From: Vicinamibacteria bacterium
Lineage (GTDB): Bacteria > Acidobacteriota > Vicinamibacteria > Marinacidobacterales > Marinacidobacteraceae
Assembly (NCBI GenBank): GCA_963555995.3
Contig: OY821641.1
Coordinates: forward strand, 2,688,001-2,752,000
DNA: 64,000 nucleotides
Direction of reading: 5' to 3'
A program made the position numbers and the translations under genes. Positions 41,153 through 50,818 of this stretch are shown here, one piece after another. How positions within the stretch are numbered: the first letter of the stretch is position 1; each line of letters opens with the position of its first letter. Below the pieces are notes generated by a model. The model saw only the letters and a program-made list of their open reading frames with translations, did no database searches and was not told where the DNA came from.

Positions 41153-42502
41153 TCAGACGACCGGCGCCGATTCGTCCCCGCCCACCGGTACGGGCCGAAC
41201 CTGCTCCACGTCGAGCCGGATCCCTCCGTAGGCGCCGCACTCCGCGCAACTGTCGCTCCATTCCGGGAACCGCTCGCCGCACGCGGAGCAGCAGTACTCG
41301 GCGGACAGGGACGGCGCGGCGGAGATCACCTCGCGGGCCCGGATCACGGCTTCGGCGAGGTCGCCGCGGCCCTCGAGGATGCGGGAGAGGCGAGCGCCCA
41401 GCGCCGGAGCGGCGGTCCGGGGCAGGTTCGCGAACGTCTTGAGGGCGTCGTCCAGCATGTAGAGACGGTCGTAGAGCTTGCCGAGGAGGTACTGGCTCTC
41501 GGCGGGGCTGTCGGCGGCGCCGATCGCCCGCTTCCAGACCGAGATCGCGTCCTCCGGACAGGTCCGGTCGAGGTAGTAGTCCTGAAGCGCCGAGAGCGGC
41601 GCGGTGGCCCCGGTCTGGTCGAACGCCTTCTGCCAGGTATCCACGGCCGCCCTCTCGTTGCCGCCCGCGAGGTAGGCCTCCCCGAGGCGCACCCAGGCGG
41701 GCACCGCTTCCGGATCCTCCTCGAGGATGGCCCGGAACACCCGCGCCGCCTCGGCCGGCTCGCCCGCTTCGAGGAGCTCCCTGCCGTATCCGTGGCGGAG
41801 CGACAGGGTCCGCTGCTCCTCGGCGGCGCGGGCGGAGGGGGCGACGTGGGAGACGAGCTGCTGCTGGACGGACAGGGCGGCGCGGCTCTCACCCGCCTCC
41901 ACCAGGAGGTCGCGAAGCCGGGCGAGGGCCGTCGTCGGCGCCTCGGGATCCTCGGCGATGGTCTTTTCGAGCAGGGCCCGCGCCTGCTCGCGCTCTCCCA
42001 TCGCCTGCCGGGCCTCCGCCAGCGCGTAGGACACCTCGTGGCTTCCGCGATCCTCGGCCAGCGCCTGCTCCAGCGCCTCGGCCGCCTCCTCGGGCCGGCC
42101 GAGCCGCATCAGGCATTCGGCCTTGCGGCGGAGCGTCCTGGGATCGGCGCCCGCGTACTCCTGCGCCGCTTCGAAACTGAGGAGCGCCTGCGGCCACCGG
42201 CCGGAGGCCATTTCGTCGAGCCCGTCGAGGTACAGCCGCTCGCCTTCCTCGAGATCCTGGCGCCCGCGCCGGAGACGCCGCTCGCGAACCAGGCGCCGGA
42301 CCCGGCCCGCCAGATCGAAAGCCAGGGCGATCGCGGCCCCGAGACCGACGCCGGCGAACATGACCTTCCACAGTTCCACCCGGATCGGCAGGAAGAACGG
42401 CAGGGTGACGGTCACGAACTGCGCGTTGGACACGACGACCACCAGCAGGACGCCCGCCGTCAACAGGACGGCGGCTACGAACAACAGGGTGCGAATGCCC
42501 AT
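41153..42502 (-). CDS. LapA-like membrane domain fused to TPR + rubredoxin-like LapB-like protein
   Basis: Two N-terminal TMs (N...VTV.LPF), many TPR helices, C-terminal CSACG...W...CAECG. Confidence 0.75.
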   Translation of the reverse strand: MGIRTLLFVAAVLLTAGVLLVVVVSNAQFVTVTLPFFLPIRVELWKVMFAGVGLGAAIALAFDLAGRVRRLVRERRLRRGRQDLEEGERLYLDGLDEMASGRWPQALLSFEAAQEYAGADPRTLRRKAECLMRLGRPEEAAEALEQALAEDRGSHEVSYALAEARQAMGEREQARALLEKTIAEDPEAPTTALARLRDLLVEAGESRAALSVQQQLVSHVAPSARAAEEQRTLSLRHGYGRELLEAGEPAEAARVFRAILEEDPEAVPAWVRLGEAYLAGGNERAAVDTWQKAFDQTGATAPLSALQDYYLDRTCPEDAISVWKRAIGAADSPAESQYLLGKLYDRLYMLDDALKTFANLPRTAAPALGARLSRILEGRGDLAEAVIRAREVISAAPSLSAEYCCSACGERFPEWSDSCAECGAYGGIRLDVEQVRPVPVGGDESAPVV

Positions 42503-42533
42503 CGGAGGTGACTTCTTGGGAGAACTCCCGATT

Positions 42534-42941
42534 CTAAGGCGTGGCCGACATCTCGGCGGCTTCGCTCCCGGCCCGCGGTTCCGGGTGCCAGCGGCCGGCG
42601 TCGCCCCAGAGTTTCTCGAGCTGATACAGCTCGCGGCTCTCGGGCGAGAAGACATGGACGACGAAGTCCACGTAGTCGGCCAGCACCCAGCCGGCCGCCG
42701 GATACCCCTCGAGATGGATGGGCTTGCGGCCGACCCGCTCCCGGACGCGGCGTTCCACGGCGTCCACGATGGTGGCGCGGCGCCGCTCGCTGCTGGCGGT
42801 CGCGATCACGAAGAAGTCGGTGAACCCGGCGAGGCCGCGGAGGTCGAGCACCACCACGTCGTCGGCCTTTTCGAGTTGCGCCACCTCGGCGCTGAAACGG
42901 GCGCAGGACTCGGCGGAGGCGCTCGGAACGGATTCGTTCAA
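42534..42941 (-). CDS. rsfS: Ribosome silencing factor
   Basis: KADDVVVLD, DFFVIATASS, WVLADYVDFVVHVF, LEKLWGD; TTG start overlapping the nadD stop. Confidence 0.92.
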   Translation of the reverse strand: MNESVPSASAESCARFSAEVAQLEKADDVVVLDLRGLAGFTDFFVIATASSERRRATIVDAVERRVRERVGRKPIHLEGYPAAGWVLADYVDFVVHVFSPESRELYQLEKLWGDAGRWHPEPRAGSEAAEMSATP

Positions 42942-43603
42942 CGATAGAGACCCTTTTCGGCGATGCGGTCGGCGACCCGCGGCGGCACAAGGTGGTGGAC
43001 GGGCGTCTGCTGCTTCAGGAGTTCTCGAATCCGGTAGGACCTGGGGTCGGGGAGATCCATGTCCAGGGTGAGGATACGCGGGGGGAGCAACGGTGCGGAC
43101 AGATCGGCGGTCACCCGGGCCCGGAATCGGCGCGGAAGCACCGCGACCGCCTCCGCGATCGCGCAACCGGCCCGGCGATGGACCAGCACCGGGTGGCGTT
43201 CCAGAAGGCGCTCGTAGCGGCTCCAGGTCCGGATCTCCTGGAAGGCGTCGGACCCGACCGCGAACAGCACCGCCGCCCCGCCGGCCGGCCGGCCCCGCCC
43301 GGCCGCCAACCCGTCGAGGGTGTCGATGGTGAATGAAGGCCCCTCGCGCTCGAGTTCGACGGGGCTGGCGAGCAGGCGTTCCCGGCCGGCCACCGCCTCC
43401 TCCACGAGTCGAAGCCTCTCCTCGGCCGGCAGACGCGGCGTCGCCCGGTGGGGAGGAATCCGCGCCGGCGCCAGCCATACCGCTTCGACCCCCATGCGGT
43501 CCCGGACGGCCTCGGCGGCGCGGACGTGGCCCCAGTGCGGGGGATCGAACGTCCCGCCGAAGACCGCGATCACCCCGGGCCGCCGGACCGCCGCGTCCGT
43601 CAT
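42938..43603 (-). CDS. nadD: Nicotinate-nucleotide adenylyltransferase
   Basis: FGGTFDPPHWGH, PSFTIDTL, GSDAF. Confidence 0.93.
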   Translation of the reverse strand: MTDAAVRRPGVIAVFGGTFDPPHWGHVRAAEAVRDRMGVEAVWLAPARIPPHRATPRLPAEERLRLVEEAVAGRERLLASPVELEREGPSFTIDTLDGLAAGRGRPAGGAAVLFAVGSDAFQEIRTWSRYERLLERHPVLVHRRAGCAIAEAVAVLPRRFRARVTADLSAPLLPPRILTLDMDLPDPRSYRIRELLKQQTPVHHLVPPRVADRIAEKGLYR

Positions 43604-44616
43604 GCGTCGCTCCGTTCGGCGCCCCCGGCCACCCGGGCGCCGAGTTCGGCGATCAGGGCCGCGCAGCCGTCCCCGGTCGCCGCCGATACCGCAAAGAAGG
43701 GCAAGCCGCCTGCCGCCGCCGACTCCGAGAGCGCGTCGAGGCGGGCGTCGTCCGTCAGGATGTCCGTCTTGTTGCCCACCACCATGGCCGGCTTTCCCGG
43801 CAGGCTGCCGCCGTAGAGCGTCACTTCCCGCTGGAGCACCGCGAGATCGGCCGCCGGAGCCCGCCCCGACGACTCCGAGAGGTCCACGAAATAGACGAGG
43901 AACGCGGTCCGGGACAGGTGCTTCAGGAACCGGGTCCCCAGCCCGGCGCCCTCGCTGGCCCCGGGAATGAGGCCGGGAAGGTCCGCAACCACGAATTCGG
44001 CGTCGTCGCCGAGCCTTACGAGGCCGAGGTTCGGGGTCAGGGTCGTGAACGGGTAGTCGGCGATGCGGGGCTTCGCGGCGCTCACCCGGGCGATGAACGA
44101 CGACTTGCCGGCGTTCGGGAAACCCACCAGACCCACGTCCGCGAGGAGCCGCAGTTCGAGCCGGACGGTGCGGGCGACCCCGGACTCGCCGGGTTCGGTG
44201 CGCCGGGGCGCCTGGTTGGTCGGCGTCCGGAAGACCGCGTTGCCTCGCCCGCCCCGGCCACCGGGCGCCACCGTGAGCGAGCTGCCGTCCTCCACCAGAT
44301 CCCCGAGCAGCACGCCGCTCTCTTCGTCATAGGCCGCCGTCCCCGCCGGCACCCGCAGCCGCAGGTCCTGTCCCGAGCGGCCCTGCCGGTTGTTCCCGGA
44401 GCCGTGCCCACCGGAATCCGCCCGGTAGCTGGGCCGGTAGCGGTACGCCGCCAGCGTGTGGCGCCCCCGGTCCGCGACCAGCACGACGCTCCCTCCGCGT
44501 CCGCCGTTCCCGCCGTCGGGGCCGCCGCGGGGCACGAACTTCTCCCGGCGGAAACTGAGGGCCCCGTTGCCGCCGCGCCCTCCGGCGAGCTTGAGAACGA
44601 CCTCGTCAACAAGCAT
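43600..44616 (-). CDS. obgE: GTPase ObgE
   Basis: FRREKFVPRGGPDGG, GFPNAGKS, YPFTT, DLPG, NKTD. Confidence 0.97.
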   Translation of the reverse strand: MLVDEVVLKLAGGRGGNGALSFRREKFVPRGGPDGGNGGRGGSVVLVADRGRHTLAAYRYRPSYRADSGGHGSGNNRQGRSGQDLRLRVPAGTAAYDEESGVLLGDLVEDGSSLTVAPGGRGGRGNAVFRTPTNQAPRRTEPGESGVARTVRLELRLLADVGLVGFPNAGKSSFIARVSAAKPRIADYPFTTLTPNLGLVRLGDDAEFVVADLPGLIPGASEGAGLGTRFLKHLSRTAFLVYFVDLSESSGRAPAADLAVLQREVTLYGGSLPGKPAMVVGNKTDILTDDARLDALSESAAAGGLPFFAVSAATGDGCAALIAELGARVAGGAERSDA

Positions 44617-44898
44617 GTACTAGTGGGGGAAGCACCCCGCTCTGTTCGTCGGACAAACGTCGAGCCGATTGTCCCGGAATTCGTTCGTGCGGGGCGCTTC
44701 CCCCACCAGGTGATGCCGCGTCTCGCTTCGCGATCCGCGCCATCTTTTCCGTGGGGAGGGGGACACCCCCTCCCCACACCCCTCCCCGGCGGCGCTGTGC
44801 GCCGCGGGCGAATACAGGCAGACGCTCACCACAACCACCGCACCGAAGGACGGGCCAGCTTCCGCCGGCTCCTGGGAGGACTTACGGACTTGACGCCA

Positions 44899-45153
44899 TC
44901 AGTCCGCGGCGATCGAGATGAACCGGCCCAGCCGCCCGCGGTTCCAGAACTGCACGACCCCGCCGACCTTGGCGAAGAGGGTGTCGTCATTCCCGCGCCC
45001 AACGCCCACGCCCGGCTTGAAGCGGGTGCCGCGCTGGCGGACCAGGATGGTCCCGCCCGATACCCGTTCGCCGGCGAAGCGCTTGACGCCGAGCCGCTTC
45101 GAGTGGCTGTCGCGCCCGTTCCGGGAGCTTCCCTGACCCTTCTTGTGCGCCAC
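44899..45153 (-). CDS. rpmA: 50S ribosomal protein L27
   Basis: [16 protein letters not shown]...RQRGT. Confidence 0.98.
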   Translation of the reverse strand: MAHKKGQGSSRNGRDSHSKRLGVKRFAGERVSGGTILVRQRGTRFKPGVGVGRGNDDTLFAKVGGVVQFWNRGRLGRFISIAAD

Positions 45154-45198
45154 GTTGACCTCCCGAGTGCTTCAGCCGCTTCTTCAGTCGTGACCGAT

Positions 45199-45555
45199 CT
45201 ACTCCGCTGCGGACGCGCTGTCGGCGGCGTCCGCCGTCCCCTCGTGGATGGCCTCCACGCGGACCTGAACGCGAGCCTGCCGATGTCCCTGCTTCTTCCG
45301 GTAGCCCTTCCGGCGCTTGCGCTTGAACACCAGCACCTTGGGATCGCGGTAGTGCGCCAGCACGGTCGCCGAGACGGTCGTTCCCGGCAGGTAGGGATTG
45401 CCGATGCGGCACTCACCACCCTCCGGATCCCGCACCATGAGGACGCGGTCGAACGACACGCTGTCGCCATCGCTGGCTTCGAGCTTCTCGAGCGCGAGGC
45501 GCTGCCCGGGCTCGGCGCGGTGCTGCTTGCCGCCGCTCTCGAAGATTGCGTACAT
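45199..45555 (-). CDS. rplU: 50S ribosomal protein L21
   Basis: MYAIFESGGKQ...KRRKGYRKKQGHRQ. Confidence 0.97.
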   Translation of the reverse strand: MYAIFESGGKQHRAEPGQRLALEKLEASDGDSVSFDRVLMVRDPEGGECRIGNPYLPGTTVSATVLAHYRDPKVLVFKRKRRKGYRKKQGHRQARVQVRVEAIHEGTADAADSASAAE

Positions 45556-45588
45556 GAGGTGTCTGCCCGGAGAAACGCGGGATTCTAG

Positions 45589-45767
45589 CAGCCTGTGGTG
45601 AAACCCCCGTGAGCGCCGAGAGCGGCGAGGCGCCTCGCTGACAAGGCGCGTGAGGGAGGAATACCGGGTGTATTCCGACCGAAACGCAACGCAGAGCGCC
45701 TCGCAGAGGCGTGGTTCAGCGAGGATGCATCGCCGCTCGAACGCCGCGAGGGTTTTGCCACAGGCTG
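45589..45767 (+). mobile_element. 179-bp MITE, copy 2 (between rho and rplU)
   Basis: Left end identical to the IS TIR CAGCCTGTGGTGAAA; CTAG duplicated on both flanks. Confidence 0.92.
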
Positions 45768-45809
45768 CTAGCAGCGGCGGAGGTCCACCCTGGTTCTGAT
45801 TTGCGAGCC

Positions 45810-47051
45810 TCAGGAGACCCGGATCGAGGCCAGCATGTCGGCGTTGTTCTTCGTCCGCTCCATCCGGCCAAGCAGCAGCGACATCGCCTCCATCGGCTTC
45901 AGGCCCGCGAGCGCGCGGCGAAGCAGATGGGTCTTCGGCAGTTCTTCGGCCGAGAGCAGGAGCTCCTCACGGCGGGTCCCGGACTGGTGAATGTCGATCG
46001 CGGGAAAGATCCGCGACTCCGCGAGCTTCCGGTCCAGCACCAGTTCCATGTTGCCGGTGCCCTTGAACTCCTGGAAGATGACCTCGTCCATCTGGCTGCC
46101 GGTGTCCACCAGCGCCGTCCCGAGGATGGTCAGGCTGCCGCCGTCTTCGATCTTGCGCGCCGCGCCGAAGAACTGCCGCGGGAACTCGAGCGCCCGGGAA
46201 TCAATCCCGCCGCTCATGGTGCGGCCCTTCCCGCGCATCTCCCGGTTCGCCGCCCGTCCCAACCGGGTGATCGAGTCGAGCAGGATCACCACGTCTTCCT
46301 TCATCTCGACGAGCCGGCGGGCCTGCTCCAGCACGATCCGGGCGACCCGCACGTGGTCCGCGCTGCCGCTGTCGGCGGTGGAGGCGACCACTTCGGCCTT
46401 GGGGACCGAGCGCCGCATGTGGGTCACTTCCTCCGGACGTTCGTCAATCAGCAGGATGATCAGGTGGATTCCCGGATAGTGATCCGAGATGGAGGACCCG
46501 ATCTGTTCGAGCAGAATCGTCTTGCCGGTCTTGGGGGCCGCCACGATCAGGCCGCGCTGACCCCTCCCGACGGGGGAGATGAGGTCCACCACGCGGAGCG
46601 ACAGCGAAGCCGGTTCGGTGCGCGCGAGCTCGATCCGGGGGGCCGGATGCTCGCTGATCAGGTCGGCGTAGTTCCGCCGCGGGGGCATGGCATCGACCGG
46701 ATAGCCGTTGACTTCGAGGACGGTGTGGAGTTCCGCGCGGGGCGGCCCCCCGCGCCGGCGGCCGCGTCGCGGCGGGCCGTGATAACCGAGGATCGTGTGC
46801 CCCTCGCGGAGCTTGTAGCGGTCAATGAGGCCGAACGGGACCCGGACATCGGTAGCCCGCGGCAGGAAGTTGTTGGCGAGGAGGCGCAGATGGCCGCTGT
46901 CGCGCGGCCCGATGTCCAGCAGGCCGGTGATCTCGATGCGAGGGATTTCCGGTTCGCGGGCTTGCGGTCCGCGATCCTTTTCGCCGGCCGGGGGAACTGG
47001 TTCCACCACCGCGACTTCCTCGTTCGCGGCGGCGACGGGCGCGTCGGGCAT
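45810..47051 (-). CDS. rho: Transcription termination factor Rho (short form)
   Basis: GRGQRGLIVAAPKTGKT, IDERPEEVT, LDSITRL, FKGTGNME; start ATG 47051 with GAGG RBS. Confidence 0.93.
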   Translation of the reverse strand: MPDAPVAAANEEVAVVEPVPPAGEKDRGPQAREPEIPRIEITGLLDIGPRDSGHLRLLANNFLPRATDVRVPFGLIDRYKLREGHTILGYHGPPRRGRRRGGPPRAELHTVLEVNGYPVDAMPPRRNYADLISEHPAPRIELARTEPASLSLRVVDLISPVGRGQRGLIVAAPKTGKTILLEQIGSSISDHYPGIHLIILLIDERPEEVTHMRRSVPKAEVVASTADSGSADHVRVARIVLEQARRLVEMKEDVVILLDSITRLGRAANREMRGKGRTMSGGIDSRALEFPRQFFGAARKIEDGGSLTILGTALVDTGSQMDEVIFQEFKGTGNMELVLDRKLAESRIFPAIDIHQSGTRREELLLSAEELPKTHLLRRALAGLKPMEAMSLLLGRMERTKNNADMLASIRVS

Positions 47052-47480
47052 GGGCGTTTTCCTCAGAGTTGGGGCGCGTCTTCGCCAAGTGGTGGGGCTT
47101 TCGGGTGACTGTTGGCTGCTTCGGCGGGGCCGCTTGGTGCAGACCCGGCATGGGCAAGGAGCCTTTGATTCGGCAACTCCGGAATGCGGACGGCGCCGGT
47201 ACCGGCGAGGGTCGCCGGGCGACAGTCTCGAGGGCGAAACCGGGCCGGCGCACCTCAAGGCGCGCAGAACCGGGCTCACCGGTCCGCGGATCGGAGTCCC
47301 CGGGAACGCCGGTCGTTAGTTGCGGAGCGAAACCGCCGTGAGTTGAGACCGGGTCACAGTGGGTGGGGAACGCGCTGCCGGTCGAGCCGCGTCATCCCCC
47401 AGCGAATCCGGGAATCAAGTGTAGCACGGGCGACCGCGTCCGCCCGGAAGAAACCGCGCGGAGTGCGGCGCCCGCGCCGC

Positions 47481-47825
47481 TCAGCGCGCTGCGATGGAAT
47501 GGACGGTCACGGTGCTCTTGTCCTCGCTGAGGACACCGGTGACGGTAACGTCCTGTCCCGCGAATTCCGTGACCTTCTCCTGATCGTCCACGGCGTAGAC
47601 GGCGTCGTCCGCCTCCACGAAGAGCGCGAGCGCCGCGCCCATTTCGACGCACGCAATGGCGCATTCCGGATCCGTCATCCCGTCCATCATGTGCTCCTTG
47701 GCGCACATGTCGTCGGTGACGTGCGCCTCCCAGGTCTGCTCCTCCTGGGCGACGGCGAAGGCAGCGGCGCCCGCCAGCAGCAGAACCAGGGGAAAAACGA
47801 TGGTTGCGTTTCGAACGGGACGCAT
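47481..47825 (-). CDS. Small secreted Cys/Met-rich OB-fold-like protein
   Basis: Signal peptide; TDDMCAKEH...ECAIACV..G...FAGQDVTVTG; GGAGG RBS. Confidence 0.75.
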   Translation of the reverse strand: MRPVRNATIVFPLVLLLAGAAAFAVAQEEQTWEAHVTDDMCAKEHMMDGMTDPECAIACVEMGAALALFVEADDAVYAVDDQEKVTEFAGQDVTVTGVLSEDKSTVTVHSIAAR

Positions 47826-47962
47826 GACGACCTCCTGCCAGCCATCCGGCCGACTATCGGTCGGCATTGTGGCGCATCCCGGCCGGCCGGGCGAACCCAA
47901 CCGCCCGGAACGGCCGCTGGTGAAACCCAGGCGGCCCGGTTGCTGCGAAAATGCAGTTCCGC

Positions 47963-48100
47963 AGGTTGGCCAACAGCCGTGACGGCGCCGCCGGCCTGGA
48001 ACGCCGGTCTCCAGACCGGCACCCGCGGCGCTCCGCGCCGCGCACGGCGAAACCCATCCACCCTCACGGCGGCTCGGAGCGCCGACCTCGAGCCCGCTGA
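47963..48100 (+). repeat. REP-like unit with conserved flank, plus a degenerate second unit
   Basis: GGAACGCCGGTCTCCAGACCGGCAC at 47998; flank GGTTGGCCAACAGCCGTGA is the reverse complement of the flank at about 6817-6835. Confidence 0.75.
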
Positions 48101-48217
48101 GCGAACACACCCGGTATTCCTCCCTCGCGCGCCCTTCCCGGCGCGCGCCTCGCCGCCCTCGGCACGCAACCGGATTCCACCACCGGCCGTTGGCGGTCAG
48201 TATGCTCCCCGCCGTCC

Positions 48218-49582
48218 ATGGGGAAAGCGCCCACCAAGCCGGTCAGCGGGATGCGGGACCACCTCCCCGCCGCCGCCCTGACCCGGCGTGAGGCGTTCCG
48301 GCGCGTCGAGAACGCCTTCGCCGCGCACGGCTTCGTTCCCCTCGAGACCCCGGCGATGGAGCGGCTCTCGACGCTGCTCGGGAAGTACGGCGAAGAGGGT
48401 GACCAGCTCATCTACCGGGTGCTCCACCGGGGCGAGCGCCTGGCCCGGGCGCTGGACCGGCAACCGGTGGAGCCGGGAGACCTGTCCGAACTCGGACTCC
48501 GCTACGACCTCACGGTGCCGCTCGCCCGGGTCACCGCCGAGTACCGCGCCCAACTGCCCCCGGTGTTCCGCCGCTACCAGATCCAGTCGGTCTGGCGCGC
48601 GGACCGCGCCCAGCGCGGGCGTTTCCGGGAGTTCACCCAGTGCGACGCCGACATCGTGGGCAGCAGTTCCCTCGTCGCCGATGCGGAAGCGCTGGTGGTC
48701 CTGCACGCGGCGCTTTCCTCCCTCGGTTTTTCGGACTTCACCATCCTGCTGAACCACCGGGAGCTCCTGCGGGCGCTGATCGCGGCCAGCGGAATCCCTG
48801 CCGGGTCCGAGCAGGAGACGCTCGTGGTGCTCGACAAGATGGGCAAGATCGGCCGCGAGGCGGTGGAGAGCGAACTCGGCGGCCTCGCCGAGGTCGGGGC
48901 GGACCGGGCCCGGCGGCTCCTCGATCTGGTGCCGGGCGATGCCGTAGACCGGGACGGCGATCTGGACCGGCTCCGCCGTCTCGGACCGGCGCTCCCCGAG
49001 GGGCCCGGAAGAAGCGCCGCGTCGGACCTCATCGAGCTGTTCGATGCGCTTGACGACGCGCTGGGAGAAGCCGCTCCGGTCCACTTCTCTCCCAGCCTGG
49101 CGCGCGGCCTGAGCTACTACACGGGACCCATCTTCGAGGTGGTCGCGGCGGGCGGCGCCGGGTCCCTCGCCGGGGGCGGGCGCTACGACGGATTGGTCGG
49201 GATGTTCAGCGGGAGGGCGACCCCGGCGGTGGGGTTCTCGCTGGGCATGGAACGCATCCTCATGCTTCTCGAGGAGGGCGGAGCCTTCTCGGCCGAGGGG
49301 GCGGCGCCGCAGGCGATGCTCTGCCCCCTCCCGGGAATCGCCGTCCGCGACACCCTCCGGGTCGCCCGCACCCTGCGCGCTGCCGGCGTGCGGCTCGACG
49401 TCCAGGTGGACTCATTGAAACTGGGAAAGCAGCTCGGACGCGCGGCCGCCACCGGCGTTCCCTTCGTCCTCATCCTCGGCCCGGACGAACTCGGCGACGG
49501 CCGCTGCACGGTCCGCAACCTCGAAACCGGCGCGCAGCGCACCGTCCCGCTCGCCGAGGTCCCGGAAGCCCTCGAAGCCTGA
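48218..49582 (+). CDS. hisS: Histidine--tRNA ligase
   Basis: GMRD, LRYDLTVP, GRFREFTQCD, RGLSYYTG, GGGRYD. Confidence 0.96.
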   Translation: MGKAPTKPVSGMRDHLPAAALTRREAFRRVENAFAAHGFVPLETPAMERLSTLLGKYGEEGDQLIYRVLHRGERLARALDRQPVEPGDLSELGLRYDLTVPLARVTAEYRAQLPPVFRRYQIQSVWRADRAQRGRFREFTQCDADIVGSSSLVADAEALVVLHAALSSLGFSDFTILLNHRELLRALIAASGIPAGSEQETLVVLDKMGKIGREAVESELGGLAEVGADRARRLLDLVPGDAVDRDGDLDRLRRLGPALPEGPGRSAASDLIELFDALDDALGEAAPVHFSPSLARGLSYYTGPIFEVVAAGGAGSLAGGGRYDGLVGMFSGRATPAVGFSLGMERILMLLEEGGAFSAEGAAPQAMLCPLPGIAVRDTLRVARTLRAAGVRLDVQVDSLKLGKQLGRAAATGVPFVLILGPDELGDGRCTVRNLETGAQRTVPLAEVPEALEA

Positions 49583-49591
49583 CGCCGCCGG

Positions 49592-49888
49592 TCAAGCCAC
49601 CGGCGTCAACAACACGCGGCTGCGGTCCCGGATTCGGGGATTCAGCGGATCCGCCCTGCCCTCCCTCGGGTCCGGCAGCCGCTGGGCGCGGAAGCGCTTG
49701 TCCGCCGCGAAGTACTCGGGCTCCCGCATGGGAGGCAGCGGCCGCGACGGATCGCGGACGTAGATTCCGTCCTCAGCCTCGCGCATCGCCCCGACGAACA
49801 GGACTTCCCGCCACTTCCGGAGGGGAACGCTGAAGGCTCCCCGGTCTCCGACCGGTCTCAGGTCGTGGAAGGGGCCGCGGTCGGACAT
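49592..49888 (-). CDS. Hypothetical protein
   Basis: 98-aa ORF filling the hisS-trmJ gap, divergent from trmJ. Confidence 0.55.
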   Translation of the reverse strand: MSDRGPFHDLRPVGDRGAFSVPLRKWREVLFVGAMREAEDGIYVRDPSRPLPPMREPEYFAADKRFRAQRLPDPREGRADPLNPRIRDRSRVLLTPVA

Positions 49889-49928
49889 GGGGAAACGTTC
49901 CGTCGCCTTCTAGGATAGGCAGTCGCTC

Positions 49929-50669
49929 ATGACCGAGGTCCACTTCGTTCTTGTCCGGCCCCGCCGTCCGGAGAACATCGGTGCCGTCGCCCGGGTGATC
50001 GGCAATACCGGGCTTGCCGGCCTCCGGCTGGTCGAGCCCGGGGACTGGCGGACGGTCGAGGCGTTCCGCATGGCCTGGCAGGCCGAAGAAGTGCTCGAAC
50101 AGGCAGTCGTGTTCCCCACGTTGGCCGAAGCGGTCGGCGGCTGCCGGCTGGTGGCCGGACTGAGCGGCCGGGGCCGGGAAGCGATCCGCCATCTGACCCC
50201 GCGGGAGCTCGCGGGCGAAGTCGCGGCGATCGGGCCGCACGGCGAGGTCGCGGTGGTCTTCGGCAACGAGTCGAGCGGGCTGACCCTGGAGGAGCGCTCG
50301 CTCTGCCAGCGCCAGGTGCGGATTCCCACCTCGCCCCGCCAGCCTTCCCTGAACCTCGCCCAGGCGGCGATGATCGCCGCCTACGAGATCTTCCTGGCGA
50401 ACGGTCCCCCGGCCGAGGAACCCGTGCGGCGGGCCACCGCGAAACAGGCCGAACGCGCACTCCTCACGCTGCGCGACGCCATGCTCGCGGTGGGATTCCT
50501 GCCGCCGCAGAAGCCGGAAGCGCGCTTCGCCGAATGGCGCGAACTCTTCGGGCGTACCGGCCTCACCGAACGGGAAACCCGGATGATGATGGCCTTCACC
50601 CGGCGGGTGAAGGACGCGGGGACCCGGGCGGGAAAGCCTCCGGCCCGGAGCGGCTCCGGAACGGCCTGA
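49929..50669 (+). CDS. SPOUT RNA methyltransferase (TrmJ/LasT-like)
   Basis: PENIGAVAR, VFGNESSGL, PSLNLAQA. Confidence 0.9.
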   Translation: MTEVHFVLVRPRRPENIGAVARVIGNTGLAGLRLVEPGDWRTVEAFRMAWQAEEVLEQAVVFPTLAEAVGGCRLVAGLSGRGREAIRHLTPRELAGEVAAIGPHGEVAVVFGNESSGLTLEERSLCQRQVRIPTSPRQPSLNLAQAAMIAAYEIFLANGPPAEEPVRRATAKQAERALLTLRDAMLAVGFLPPQKPEARFAEWRELFGRTGLTERETRMMMAFTRRVKDAGTRAGKPPARSGSGTA

Positions 50670-50670
50670 G

Positions 50671-50818
50671 TCAGAGGCTCCCGCGGAACAGCCGGATCAC
50701 CCGGTCCCAGGCGGGGAGCGCCGGTCTTCAGACCGGCACCGCCGCCCGGAGGGCGGCGAAAGCACGTCCTGACCGGGCGGGAACGCGCGGTCCGAACGGA
50801 ACGGAGAGCGCCGCGGAA
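50671..50818. repeat. Duplicated 3' end of the dienelactone hydrolase gene plus a REP-like unit
   Basis: 50671-50713 matches 50819-50861 at 39/43 nt; REP GGAGCGCCGGTCTTCAGACCGGCAC near 50715. Confidence 0.85.
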
